A DNA stretch of 64,000 nucleotides, from the sequence record NC_070650.1, one strand, 5' to 3'. Both the position numbers and the translations under genes were made by a program. Of the stretch, positions 36,804-46,730 are shown one piece after another. The stretch's first letter is position 1, and each line of letters begins with the position of its first letter. The notes beneath the pieces were generated by a model. The model was not told the DNA's origin. It did no database searches and saw only the letters and a program-made list of their open reading frames with translations.

Positions 36804-36831
36804 TGGGAGGGTCAAAGCCCTCCCAAATATG
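36804..36831 (+). terminator. Terminator hairpin followed by TATG
   Basis: TGGGAGGGT-caaa-GCCCTCCCA-AATATG. Confidence 0.75.
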
Positions 36832-36887
36832 CCGTATATTTTTTACGGATGGTTTTGATATTCTGTAATCTAGCCGGAGTAATACAA

Positions 36888-38138
36888 ATGACAGAAGAGA
36901 TAACGTACAACGAAGAGATTGAAAACTTCTATCTCGATGAATTGATTCGCATGCCTGATGGGTGGTTCACCGAAACCGAATTGAATTTGCTGACATCGTG
37001 GCTGGCAAAGCACGCAGCAGAAATTGATTCCAACACCATCATGGCATCTGATGACTGGTTAGTGTTGGGTGAACGTAGTCGTTATGTGCAGCGTGGTGGG
37101 TGGATTACTGAGGATTACAATCCCCGATTGCTATCTGCGTTCTTCAATATCGTTCGCGGTGAAGGTATTTCCCCTATCTATGATGAACCGGGAAACTGGA
37201 TAGATGATAGCAATACCCCATACCTCAGTGGTTCTGGACACCATAAACATTTTCCGGCCATCAAATATCACGCCACCATGGACGGTGTAGTCAGAACGTG
37301 GCCCTTCGGTGCTTTGCGAGCATTCCCTAGCCGGAATAACTATTTCTGGCATACCGTATGGACACATGCTAATCCGGCACCGGAATTTCCATTCAATCCG
37401 TTGACCCGGCCGGAAGTAACTTTCTTTACTGATCAAAGCATGACTGAAGAAATTCACCTGAGTTTCGGTGGCAGCCCGGCACAGTGGTTATCCGATCGCT
37501 TTGCTCGTTTATGTCGTGGTTACATAAGCGACACAGGGGGTATCCCGATCGCCAATCGGGTTGGTACTTATCAGGCCGTCGTCATCGTCCGTAAAACGAT
37601 GTATGAGTTGATTGATGAAGGGCATTTTCAAACAACTGAATCCAGGGAAGAATTCATGGCGACGATGCTGAATGCCATGTTGATGGAAATCCCTGAGGAG
37701 GAATTATCAAACACTCCTCTGAAAACGGTTTATGATAAACTGGGTTCACCTCGAATATCGCGCCAGGCGTGGGGTAAGCTACTGGCAGTTATTTCTAGAT
37801 TACCCGCGGGCTTGCGAATTGAAGGCAATGGCATGATCAGCGCGGCCGGTACTAAAGCAACCTACGACATTACCGTCAACCCGGTGATGTTTTATGTTGA
37901 TAAAGTAGACGGCGTACATGTGTTATCGGAAGGTAATTTCAGGGAACATGGTAAAATGTATACGCTGACGGTAAACAACCGGTCGATACCTTCCCAGTTC
38001 CCCCCGTTCACGCAATTCAAGATCGTGAATGGCAGTTATCAACTCGAACCTTTTGCTTATCTCGGTCCGGCTTATTCGGTCACTGCAGAACCGCATCCAA
38101 TCTTTAACGGTAAATTACTTGATGCTTGGCCTTGGTAA
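36888..38138 (+). CDS. Hypothetical protein, 416 aa
   Basis: Start moved to MTEEITY (GGAG RBS); the upstream extension spans a terminator. Confidence 0.75.
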   Translation: MTEEITYNEEIENFYLDELIRMPDGWFTETELNLLTSWLAKHAAEIDSNTIMASDDWLVLGERSRYVQRGGWITEDYNPRLLSAFFNIVRGEGISPIYDEPGNWIDDSNTPYLSGSGHHKHFPAIKYHATMDGVVRTWPFGALRAFPSRNNYFWHTVWTHANPAPEFPFNPLTRPEVTFFTDQSMTEEIHLSFGGSPAQWLSDRFARLCRGYISDTGGIPIANRVGTYQAVVIVRKTMYELIDEGHFQTTESREEFMATMLNAMLMEIPEEELSNTPLKTVYDKLGSPRISRQAWGKLLAVISRLPAGLRIEGNGMISAAGTKATYDITVNPVMFYVDKVDGVHVLSEGNFREHGKMYTLTVNNRSIPSQFPPFTQFKIVNGSYQLEPFAYLGPAYSVTAEPHPIFNGKLLDAWPW

Positions 38139-38199
38139 TTTACGGTAATGCTCACGTAGTTATATTTATTTCATTTTCGAACATATAAAGGAAATCACC

Positions 38200-38571
38200 A
38201 TGACTTACGCTCGCGACGCACTCCTCAAACAAGCCCACAATGCCGCTATCGACATCGCATCCGATCCGGACATCTCTACCGTGGAAAAATGCCACACGGT
38301 GGTGCAGTCTGTATTTGATATCATCGACGGTAAAACGACAGAATTCCCGCAGTGCGACCTGGTGGTCAATCTGACCCCAACCAACAATCCGCCGGTAGAT
38401 GCTTTTTTCCAAGAGCATTTTGTTGCAGGCGATATCGTTAACGCCGATCGCAATCTGAGCGAAAGCTATATTCATCTGGTAGCCGAAGCAGCATCTGCGG
38501 TCGCTGACGACGATGAAGATGGCCCGACGCCATCTGGCGATGAATTCCAAGACGACGCAATCCCATTCTGA
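38200..38571 (+). CDS. Acidic hypothetical protein, 123 aa
   Basis: AAGGA RBS; D/E-rich C-terminus. Confidence 0.75.
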   Translation: MTYARDALLKQAHNAAIDIASDPDISTVEKCHTVVQSVFDIIDGKTTEFPQCDLVVNLTPTNNPPVDAFFQEHFVAGDIVNADRNLSESYIHLVAEAASAVADDDEDGPTPSGDEFQDDAIPF

Positions 38572-38648
38572 TAATGGTATCCTTCTCCCAGGTATTTTAG
38601 TACCTGGGAGAGTTAAGATATACTCTTTGTCATCACTGGGAAGTCATT

Positions 38649-39317
38649 ATGGAACCAGCATTAATCGTACCACTATTTACCATGGACATGATAAACGCCA
38701 TCAATGAACCTCATTTGATGGTTGATTTAGAAACCATGGGTATTACCACAAGAGCCCCGATCGTTGCTATCGCGGCGGTGTTGTTTATTCCCCAAACCGG
38801 GGAGGTTCTGGATAAATTCTATATCAAGATTGATTTGACGTCCAGCGTGCAGGCGGGGGCTTTGTTAGACCCAGAGACCGTGAAGTTTTGGCTGGCTCAG
38901 TCAGATGAAGCACGTAAAGAAATTTGGGGTACTGTGGGGCGCAACGATGATGTATTTACGCTCGATCAGGGGCTTCGTGAATTCGGTCAATTCGTCCATC
39001 GGTCACAGCCTAGACCCAACGCACTGAAACACTGGGCTAACGGAGCTAACTTCGATCCTCCTATTCTTGATACCGCTTATCAGTCCCTGGGCCTAAGATC
39101 ACCTCTGGCATTCTGGAAATCACTGGACGTCAGAACCATCGTGGAACTGGGGCGCCAGATCGGCATTAACCCCAAACAGGAGTTAAATCCGCTGGGTACT
39201 CCACATAAGGCGATGGCTGATTGTTTGATGCAGTGTGAGTATGTGTCCAATATATGGCAGACACTGCTTGCCCCACACACTCGGCAATATGCCCTACCTC
39301 CACGCAATACAAGGTAA
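38649..39317 (+). CDS. DEDDh 3'-5' exonuclease (exonuclease VIII/RNase T-like)
   Basis: VDLETMG, ANGANFDPPIL, HKAMADC motifs. Confidence 0.85.
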   Translation: MEPALIVPLFTMDMINAINEPHLMVDLETMGITTRAPIVAIAAVLFIPQTGEVLDKFYIKIDLTSSVQAGALLDPETVKFWLAQSDEARKEIWGTVGRNDDVFTLDQGLREFGQFVHRSQPRPNALKHWANGANFDPPILDTAYQSLGLRSPLAFWKSLDVRTIVELGRQIGINPKQELNPLGTPHKAMADCLMQCEYVSNIWQTLLAPHTRQYALPPRNTR

Positions 39318-39871
39318 TGATAATGGAAATGTATACCCGTAAAGAAGACTATTGGGCAATGTTGGCCAGTACCGTAACTGACCCCGTTCTTTCTCCGGTT
39401 TATAAAGCCATCTCATCTTCCGTTGCTTATTTCAGCAACGTATGTGTTCGAATCAATGCAACGGAGTATGACCTGTCGACGCATACTGAGTTTTCCGTGG
39501 AATACGCATTCGGCGATTTAACGTTAGAGCCGCCGACCCGACATCCATATGCTTCCATCAGACTCGTTACCGAGCCTACTGATGAAGTCATCGAAAACTC
39601 TACTGAAGCAGAAGTGGCTGATGCGTGGCGATTAGTTACTGCATCCAATTCGCATCTATCGTTTGGGTACAGCCCACTGTTTATTTTTTATCGTCACATG
39701 GTAAAAAATGGGCTGCCGCAACCCAGAGCAAAAGTCCATGAAAACTCAACTGGGCTTACTTTGGAATGGATGCTATCGAGTGGGGCCCGGGTTGTAATGG
39801 ACTACAACAACCTCTCGATGGAAGCCTGGTGGGCGGAGTGTAACGGTGAAGTGAACTCACTTCAAAACTAA
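39317..39871 (+). CDS. Hypothetical protein, 184 aa
   Basis: TAATG coupling to the exonuclease gene. Confidence 0.7.
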   Translation: MIMEMYTRKEDYWAMLASTVTDPVLSPVYKAISSSVAYFSNVCVRINATEYDLSTHTEFSVEYAFGDLTLEPPTRHPYASIRLVTEPTDEVIENSTEAEVADAWRLVTASNSHLSFGYSPLFIFYRHMVKNGLPQPRAKVHENSTGLTLEWMLSSGARVVMDYNNLSMEAWWAECNGEVNSLQN

Positions 39872-39897
39872 TCGTCATGTAACTGTGGAGACTTATC

Positions 39898-40464
39898 GTG
39901 AATACCAACTTACTACTGAGTCATCTGTTTGCAATGCATCCGTATAAACTCTGTATTGATGTAGATATGCACCGCCGAGATAAGGATAGTTTAGCTTCGT
40001 ATTTACGTTACTCCACAGCTCCGGGTAGTGAAGTGAACACCATCTTACAGGGAGACACCTACGCCATGGTCGCAGTAGATTGGCATATTGGTCGTGGTGA
40101 GTATGCGCATTACGAGGTCTGGGCCGCCACGTTACATGAGGCACTCACCGCGACAGTCAACCATCTACAGGCATTTGGTGTGGAGTCCGACGTTCTAGTG
40201 GACGTCACAGCCGGGCATGGGTTGGATACACTCATACCCAAATGTAAGCGGGGACTATCTATCTGTCGTTGGGATTTTACTCACACGGCGGGGTGCGATA
40301 AGTGGGATGTACTTCACGAATATGGGGATGAGCTATCAGCTGAATTGTTGGAGGACATACTTGAAACAAATTGTTTCGTGGATGTGGACTTCGGCGTAGT
40401 AGGTACCCGCAATCGTGGGGTTGAGTTAGGGTCATCTCTGGACGTATTGATAGAAAACGTATAA
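39898..40464 (+). CDS. Hypothetical protein, 188 aa
   Basis: GTG start with GGAG RBS. Confidence 0.7.
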   Translation: MNTNLLLSHLFAMHPYKLCIDVDMHRRDKDSLASYLRYSTAPGSEVNTILQGDTYAMVAVDWHIGRGEYAHYEVWAATLHEALTATVNHLQAFGVESDVLVDVTAGHGLDTLIPKCKRGLSICRWDFTHTAGCDKWDVLHEYGDELSAELLEDILETNCFVDVDFGVVGTRNRGVELGSSLDVLIENV

Positions 40465-40466
40465 TC

Positions 40467-40497
40467 GGGAGGGCAAATGCCCTCCCTTTATTTTTTT
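40467..40497 (+). terminator. Intrinsic terminator
   Basis: GGGAGGGC-aaat-GCCCTCCC plus T-tract. Confidence 0.85.
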
Positions 40498-40509
40498 GGA
40501 GATATCAAA

Positions 40510-40845
40510 ATGGGTTTATATGTGCGCGATGGTTTTATTGCTGAAATTGCCAACAGTATTGCGGGGCAACATAGCGACTATGACGAATCAAATGAGCTGC
40601 CAAGTGTATTTGCGTACAATATTGCCAAATATACTGCTGAAACCGTCCTTCCTACCGAAGAGCAATTGATTGATTGTAGCAAAGAAATTATTGCTATGAT
40701 TCAATTATCGGGGTCGAAAGCCGATCCTGATAATGAAGAATACGTCCAATCAATTGCAGATACTTTAACCGGTTCACTGTTTCCGTATTTCAAACCAACT
40801 GCGGTACAAGACCCAGAACGTGGGTTTGAATTACCGGATGTCTAA
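40510..40845 (+). CDS. Acidic hypothetical protein, 111 aa
   Basis: Start moved to MGLYV (GGAG RBS). Confidence 0.7.
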   Translation: MGLYVRDGFIAEIANSIAGQHSDYDESNELPSVFAYNIAKYTAETVLPTEEQLIDCSKEIIAMIQLSGSKADPDNEEYVQSIADTLTGSLFPYFKPTAVQDPERGFELPDV

Positions 40846-41205
40846 ACCCGCTTCTTGCTTCTCGGCGAAATGACTACCACCAAACAACCTCACAAATACC
40901 CACATGACCAACCAATAACGCCAAGACATCTTTAACCGATACCGGATGTTGTCTCGCAATGTAGCATCCGCATCTTTACGCGATACGGTACCTACCGTGT
41001 ACATGTAATCGTGAACTGCTGCAGCTGGGAAATAAAAATAATAAGGAGGATATAAGTTTTGGATGAATCGTGGAATGCTCGCCCCATCTGTTACGAACCC
41101 CTTTGGGATAGTAACTTCTGGCGTGACATAATCCTCAAGAAACTGAAACTGGTCTTCTTTTACTAAGTATTTTACCGGCATATCAGCAAACTGAAATTCT
41201 GTCAT
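40831..41205 (-). CDS. DUF1353-family protein
   Basis: IPKGFVTDGASIPR...AAAVHDYMY...RKDAD signature. Confidence 0.8.
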   Translation of the reverse strand: MTEFQFADMPVKYLVKEDQFQFLEDYVTPEVTIPKGFVTDGASIPRFIQNLYPPYYFYFPAAAVHDYMYTVGTVSRKDADATLRDNIRYRLKMSWRYWLVMWVFVRLFGGSHFAEKQEAGLDIR

Positions 41206-41266
41206 TTTTTATTCCCCCCAAGTAAAGTGTGACACAAAATTCGCTAACCACGTGAGTCTCTTAACT

Positions 41267-41638
41267 ATGAGTGAAACTATTCTTGGTGGTAAGACCTACC
41301 ACACGGCTGTTTATTATGCACTACAGTCAGAAGTGTTGCAGCGCTTTTCTGATCGGGTTCTGCCCCTGGTGCGCATGAACAATAAGCCCATAGAAAAACT
41401 CCCCTTGGAAATTACGGGGGTCGCTTACGGGCTTATCAACAACATCCCGGTGTTGTATGTTGAAGTTCATGCCTACGGGAAACCTAAAGACGACGACAAC
41501 ACCAAAGTGGTTATCGTTTATAACCCGGGAAATTTATTGGATTATCTGACGGATGATGCAATCACTTATAAGGGTGAAGTGTATTATGCCGGTGATAACT
41601 TCTGGCGGCTATGCGCCGAAGGAGAACGTCCATGGTAG
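41267..41638 (+). CDS. Hypothetical protein (start 41252 or 41267)
   Basis: ORF track; overlaps the next start. Confidence 0.65.
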   Translation: MSETILGGKTYHTAVYYALQSEVLQRFSDRVLPLVRMNNKPIEKLPLEITGVAYGLINNIPVLYVEVHAYGKPKDDDNTKVVIVYNPGNLLDYLTDDAITYKGEVYYAGDNFWRLCAEGERPW

Positions 41639-42012
41639 ATTCTATCTCTAAACCGTTAGCTCAGGAAGATGAAGCACTTATTCAGGAGCTTTTGGAAAAA
41701 CAGGCTGCCGAATATATCGTTGAAATAGTAAATGTAGCGGTGCCAGCCTTCCACAAAAATGCGGTCGTGGGTATGAGTCAAAAAGATTTTGCTCGTAGCC
41801 TGGCAGCTATCATGCATGCGGCAGTTTTTCCTCTAATGAAAGAGAAGCAAGACAGCGCTCTGAAATTAGCCGATTGCTATGCCATGTTTAACGAACTGGC
41901 CGTATTGACTGGAGTAGTGCCTCCAGGTACTCCGGCAACCGCAAACCATCGCCGAGCTATCGGTGCGTTCACCGCCGCGGTAGAAGCCATCAAACAAAAG
42001 GATGCGTCATGA
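41632..42012 (+). CDS. Hypothetical protein, 126 aa
   Basis: Start moved to MVDS (GGAG RBS). Confidence 0.7.
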   Translation: MVDSISKPLAQEDEALIQELLEKQAAEYIVEIVNVAVPAFHKNAVVGMSQKDFARSLAAIMHAAVFPLMKEKQDSALKLADCYAMFNELAVLTGVVPPGTPATANHRRAIGAFTAAVEAIKQKDAS

Positions 42013-42401
42013 GTCTTGAAGTTACTTATGGGGAATATAAAAAACCCCAGGTCGGCGTGAAATACCCGGTCCTGATTTGGGAAATCAGCGACGCCGCTAA
42101 GCAGTATATGTTTGATCATTTGCGTAAAGTGGTCGCCGTAACTTGTTTTAAAAACGCCGATGACGCAAAACGAGCAATGGATGTTATTGTTATCGACAAT
42201 GTGGCCACTGGCGAAATAGATGGTAATACTGTCCTGTGGGTCAATTGCTCCATTGATGGTGTTTATCGCCGAATACTGGTCAATACCCCGCAACTGAAAA
42301 CTTTTGAACCTTATTTCATCGACGGCAAAGTGACGGTAGAAGCCACAGCGCTACTGTCACCGAGTGGTACCTGGGGGTTCTATAACCTGGAAGATGTATA
42401 A
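42009..42401 (+). CDS. Hypothetical protein, 130 aa
   Basis: ATGA overlap. Confidence 0.7.
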   Translation: MSLEVTYGEYKKPQVGVKYPVLIWEISDAAKQYMFDHLRKVVAVTCFKNADDAKRAMDVIVIDNVATGEIDGNTVLWVNCSIDGVYRRILVNTPQLKTFEPYFIDGKVTVEATALLSPSGTWGFYNLEDV

Positions 42402-42655
42402 TGAATATCTATCTGGTGGAAAATAGGAATACTCGGCTTAATCTCGGGGCGTTCTATGAGTGCTACAGTGCGGTAGTTATTGCGGAAAATGAAAATGCAG
42501 CACGTCTAATTACTACTCCTCATCCGGAATTACAGCCAATGAAAACATCATTTCTGGAATGGAGTTGTTCGCCTGATGAACTCATTGTGACTAAAATTGG
42601 TAACACTGATTCACCAACGACTGGAGTTATCGTGGTTGACAGTGAGCGCAATTAA
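42401..42655 (+). CDS. Hypothetical protein, 84 aa
   Basis: TAATG coupling; SAVVIAENENAA resembles SAAVVVATDKAEA in the 52691 gene. Confidence 0.7.
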   Translation: MNIYLVENRNTRLNLGAFYECYSAVVIAENENAARLITTPHPELQPMKTSFLEWSCSPDELIVTKIGNTDSPTTGVIVVDSERN

Positions 42656-42667
42656 ATAGGGGGCAAT

Positions 42668-42922
42668 ATGTCAGAACAAGCAGATGCTTCTGTATTACAC
42701 ATGGGCGATGCATTCAATGTATTTAATTCCCTAAAGAGAACTCAACTTGATGCATTTCTCATCAATGGTCATTTGGGTGCAATGGGGGCTACTCGGGTTG
42801 AGGTGTACGACTCCAAGGTTGGAGATAGTATATTGGTTATGGAAATGGCCAATGGCGGTGCCAGCCTGCACATTTATAGTAATCTCGACCATTACCTGGC
42901 AAATAAAGAAAGACACAAATAA
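42668..42922 (+). CDS. Hypothetical protein, 84 aa
   Basis: AGGGGG RBS. Confidence 0.7.
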   Translation: MSEQADASVLHMGDAFNVFNSLKRTQLDAFLINGHLGAMGATRVEVYDSKVGDSILVMEMANGGASLHIYSNLDHYLANKERHK

Positions 42923-42954
42923 ATCATATTAGTGTGGGTGGGGTAAACATAAAG

Positions 42955-43335
42955 ATGAATTTATTGTCTGAACTGTTTAATAGGGTAGGTGCAGTTGGTG
43001 AATCGTGGGCTGACATTGAATCGGTACATTTAACCATACAAGACCAAACCGGAATGGAGCAAACATTTCAATGTCCTTACATACCAGAAAACATGGGTCA
43101 TGTGTTGGAATTGTATTTCGAACACATTGATAGCCAAGACGGTTTGACTCAAGTAGTGGTTGGCTGTATTTGGTTTAAATCTGGGAATATATTGCGATTT
43201 ATTCCCAACCAGCCGTTAGAAAAAATACTGGCACTGAGTGGGGATTGGGAGTTAGTGGAGCTTCCACCCAATCCCAAAGATGCTGATGACGGTCCAGGAT
43301 TGACCTGGTTTTATTCGGCATTAATTGGCGACTAA
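42955..43335 (+). CDS. Hypothetical protein, ~126 aa
   Basis: ORF in operon followed by a hairpin at 43346-43372. Confidence 0.65.
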   Translation: MNLLSELFNRVGAVGESWADIESVHLTIQDQTGMEQTFQCPYIPENMGHVLELYFEHIDSQDGLTQVVVGCIWFKSGNILRFIPNQPLEKILALSGDWELVELPPNPKDADDGPGLTWFYSALIGD

Positions 43336-43426
43336 AAATAACCATAGGGTGGGGATTCCCCCACCTTTTATGCCATTTTTTATATTTGGTTTAAAAACTA
43401 TGTAATCAATTCATGGGGATTAGAAA

Positions 43427-44140
43427 ATGTCTAAGAAACGCAAAGGCGTAAAAGATGCTGACGCTAAACGCATCGCGATGGCTAAGAAGCGCGGTGAGTG
43501 GGTAGAAACTCAATGTCCGGCAGTTTCTGAAATCGAGGTATCGGAGGATAAAGTCGATTACGATACTTTCCTTAAAATGCTAGACGCTGAACGTCGAGCT
43601 AATGTTGGTGGCGAAGATGAGTTCATCTGGAAAGAGGGGTTTAACTACCATCCGGCACATCCTGGTATTTGGGTGCCTTATAACGGCTGGCGCGTAAAAT
43701 TCCAACACGATATCCGGTTACGTGATGGCCGGGTGATTGAGAACTGCTACCCCAACGCCACCGCCTGGCACGGTAAAGAAGGGCGTTTCACCGATGAAGA
43801 GGTCGTTGAAATCAGACTCTGCCCACCTGACGAGCAACTATTCGCTGATTTGGATTATCTGGTTTCTCACAGTCTGGAGTCTTTCGGTGAGCACTGTTTC
43901 CCAGAGATTATCATTTCTGAAGGCGGGGTAATTTCATTCAAACCTAAACGCTATCGCTATTTCGAAAAAGGGATTATCGATGAGCGGGGTGATGTGGCTT
44001 ATATCCTCTGGGAAGGAACACATACGGCAGTTGAAGCGGCAGCTAGTAAGGTGCATAAAAACTTCATCGACCATAAACTGTATCTACTGAACGCAAACAA
44101 AGCGACGGATGACAACATCGACGATTTATATTTGGAGTAA
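43427..44140 (+). CDS. Hypothetical protein, 237 aa
   Basis: GGGGA RBS. Confidence 0.75.
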   Translation: MSKKRKGVKDADAKRIAMAKKRGEWVETQCPAVSEIEVSEDKVDYDTFLKMLDAERRANVGGEDEFIWKEGFNYHPAHPGIWVPYNGWRVKFQHDIRLRDGRVIENCYPNATAWHGKEGRFTDEEVVEIRLCPPDEQLFADLDYLVSHSLESFGEHCFPEIIISEGGVISFKPKRYRYFEKGIIDERGDVAYILWEGTHTAVEAAASKVHKNFIDHKLYLLNANKATDDNIDDLYLE

Positions 44141-44145
44141 GAAGT

Positions 44146-44760
44146 ATGTCCCCTATCACCAAAGAACAGTTATACGAACAGATTCTATTTTTATCTAATG
44201 AAGACATCATCTTTGCCAGGAAAAAAGCAGATAGTCCCAGAGGCTTTCGTTTGTCAGTGATCTGTAATGATGTCTTTACCTATGCCAGCTCCGACTCCAA
44301 AGCTATCGATGATAGTCAGATACCGCTAATTCACCATCTGTATAAAACGTACTCTTTTTATGGGGTGATTGCGTGGTTGGCATATGTCCGAAAACAAAAA
44401 CCACTGAAAGTGCACATTACCGAGAATTACAAGCGGGCTTTCCGGGAGTTAAAGGAGCACAGATTTGCGCTGCCCGAAATCATCGGTGAATCTACTAAGT
44501 TAACCGATGAGCTTGACCTTTTATTATTGGCTGATGCTCTAGGTATCGTTGATTGGTGTATCGAAGAAGGGCAGTGCCCGATACGACCTCAGTGGGGGCA
44601 GTATGTATTGTCGAATGGACAAATAATCGACATGCTATTCTCTAAAGACTATCGGGCCAGTATAAGAACTAAATCAGAAGTAACCGAGTATGTTTCAATC
44701 TATAAACAATCTGGGTTGCAGGCCTGTATCGATAAATTAAACTTGGAACAAACATCATGA
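44146..44760 (+). CDS. Hypothetical protein, 204 aa
   Basis: ORF in operon. Confidence 0.7.
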   Translation: MSPITKEQLYEQILFLSNEDIIFARKKADSPRGFRLSVICNDVFTYASSDSKAIDDSQIPLIHHLYKTYSFYGVIAWLAYVRKQKPLKVHITENYKRAFRELKEHRFALPEIIGESTKLTDELDLLLLADALGIVDWCIEEGQCPIRPQWGQYVLSNGQIIDMLFSKDYRASIRTKSEVTEYVSIYKQSGLQACIDKLNLEQTS

Positions 44761-45551
44761 CCAAACAAGAATACATCGACCAGTACGTAGCATTGAATGG
44801 CCCCATCCCACCTCATTGTTCGGTTATTCCATCTCCGTTAGGGTGGCAAATAATCGATGATGGATATCACGCAAATATCGTGGTCTGTTCAGCGAAAGAA
44901 GATATTGAATCGTCTATATCTAAATCACTGCTTCCAGAACACATAACCCAGTTCCATCAATTCATGCACGATTATCGGGATACCATCGACTGGGTGTTGT
45001 GGAATAATGAAACTGATCCTAATACCACTACACCATCTTACCACAATAGTCGTCATTTGATTGGCGCTGCGTTTATTGCGCGGTTATTGAGTGATGGTGA
45101 CCCTAAATGTATTCAGGCCATGTTCATTCATGATTTTCAACACCCAAAAGCAGCGAGTGATTTAGATAATATTATCCACTCACTTAGTGTAGCAAAACAA
45201 TGCGATTATCCTCACGAAATTGATGATGTATTAACGACATTGGTTTTCGGCACCCAATACAACCCTCAAGACCCATATCCCGCGGTTGAAGATCCGAAGA
45301 TTGCCTTATGTCGAGATGCTGACCAAATCTACGCTACTATGATGTTTAATTTGGGGGTTTACTTGGGCCTCGAACATGAAGTAGGAGGTAAGTTGGGTTT
45401 GTCTGGGTCCGATTTTCTTCTGCGCAATATGAATTATGTCAGAAATATCGGGGATAATCTGTATTTGCCCCAAAGCAAAGATCTACATAAACAATATCGG
45501 CAGAAATGCCTGAACGAACATCTCGTATTTTCTTCAATTTATATTAACTAA
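44757..45551 (+). CDS. HD-domain phosphohydrolase
   Basis: YHNSRH, MFIHDFQH, RDADQ motifs. Confidence 0.75.
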   Translation: MTKQEYIDQYVALNGPIPPHCSVIPSPLGWQIIDDGYHANIVVCSAKEDIESSISKSLLPEHITQFHQFMHDYRDTIDWVLWNNETDPNTTTPSYHNSRHLIGAAFIARLLSDGDPKCIQAMFIHDFQHPKAASDLDNIIHSLSVAKQCDYPHEIDDVLTTLVFGTQYNPQDPYPAVEDPKIALCRDADQIYATMMFNLGVYLGLEHEVGGKLGLSGSDFLLRNMNYVRNIGDNLYLPQSKDLHKQYRQKCLNEHLVFSSIYIN

Positions 45552-45609
45552 TTTATCATAGTGGGGATGGAAATGAGTATAGTCATCAAGCAGGGAAACG
45601 CATAATAAC

Positions 45610-45641
45610 GGGAGACTTCGGTCTCCCCCCTTATTTTTTTT
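45610..45641 (+). terminator. Intrinsic terminator
   Basis: GGGAGAC-ttcg-GTCTCCC plus T-tract. Confidence 0.85.
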
Positions 45642-45680
45642 GCTTTTTTTATTTGTTCCTAAATAAAACATTTATACCTT

Positions 45681-45688
45681 TATATTAC
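45681..45688 (+). promoter_or_regulatory. Early-promoter-like motif TATATTAC
   Basis: Upstream AAATAAAA run; 41 nt before the 45730 ATG. Confidence 0.65.
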
Positions 45689-45729
45689 TTACGGGACTAA
45701 GTAACATCCCACAACTGAGGAATTTTAAA

Positions 45730-46188
45730 ATGGCAGATTGCAGCATTGGTCCAGTATCTACCCTCCCTGGTTCCATCCGTGCAGTTCCTGAAGGAACCGA
45801 GTGCGATAACCACCCTGGGGTATTGGCGGTGAAACGCGTCCAAGGCGAAACAGATTCTTTTGGATGTGAGTATTTGGATATGTGTCAGGAGTGTTACGAT
45901 GCATTTAAGGATGAGGTGAGTAACACTGATATGTCGGGTATCTGTGACTGGTGCAAGAAAAGCGCAGACCGGGTGTTTAATCACCGGGATATAGAAGAAG
46001 GGACCTGCGGGCGGGTCTACCAAGTATGTCAAGCGTGCATCGATGCCGAAAAGAAAGAATGGGCCGAAGAGCGTGATTGTCTGGATGACGATGAATGGTG
46101 GGATTCTCGGGACCTGGATGATGAGTTGGGTCCCGACGATTTTGATGACGATGCTGACGATAAATACGCTGAACGGCTGGGGGAATAG
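45730..46188 (+). CDS. Cys-rich (Zn-binding) protein with highly acidic tail, 152 aa
   Basis: CDNH, CQEC, CDWC, CQAC; C-terminal DDDEWWDSRDLDDELGPDDFDDDADD. Confidence 0.75.
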   Translation: MADCSIGPVSTLPGSIRAVPEGTECDNHPGVLAVKRVQGETDSFGCEYLDMCQECYDAFKDEVSNTDMSGICDWCKKSADRVFNHRDIEEGTCGRVYQVCQACIDAEKKEWAEERDCLDDDEWWDSRDLDDELGPDDFDDDADDKYAERLGE

Positions 46189-46191
46189 TAA

Positions 46192-46392
46192 ATGTCAGAA
46201 CTCATAGCCGTCAGCAAAGAACAATTTATCGAGCACATGTCGCAACTTAATAAAACTACCCGAATCGGTAAACGCCTTACTGATTTTGCCGATGGTAGTC
46301 ATGGGGTACAATACCCGGATGATGCCGGCACGGTACTCGGTGAGGTTTTTCATAGCCGTGAATTCGGTACTATCTGGAGAATAAAAAGGTGA
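46192..46392 (+). CDS. Hypothetical protein, 66 aa
   Basis: ORF in operon. Confidence 0.6.
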   Translation: MSELIAVSKEQFIEHMSQLNKTTRIGKRLTDFADGSHGVQYPDDAGTVLGEVFHSREFGTIWRIKR

Positions 46393-46730
46393 ATCAAAAG
46401 ATACTAATGGCATTATTTAGAACACAGATGTTTATTACAGATGCTCTATTTGGGTATCCTGAAGAGTATGCCGTCTACCCCGACGGAAAAATGGTAGATA
46501 TCAGACATGTGGGCGGGTTGTGGCGATTAAAACCTACGTACACCTATACCCGCCGTCGCCTATCCCCATTTAAAAATAATTTTAGGTATGGGTGGGAAAT
46601 AGTATCTGCGCCCCCAGAATACAGTGATTGTGTAGGTATCGCTAATTTAACCGAAGACCCAGGAACAGCAATCTATAACCTGTTAAAGGGTAGGGAATTA
46701 ATCAACAATCTACCCTTCAAACACTTTTGA
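46389..46730 (+). CDS. Hypothetical protein, 113 aa
   Basis: GTGA overlap. Confidence 0.6.
   Translation: MNQKILMALFRTQMFITDALFGYPEEYAVYPDGKMVDIRHVGGLWRLKPTYTYTRRRLSPFKNNFRYGWEIVSAPPEYSDCVGIANLTEDPGTAIYNLLKGRELINNLPFKHF

Noticed and set aside
36747-36887. N-terminal extension of the 416-aa gene
   Set aside because: It overlaps the 52-aa gene and a terminator
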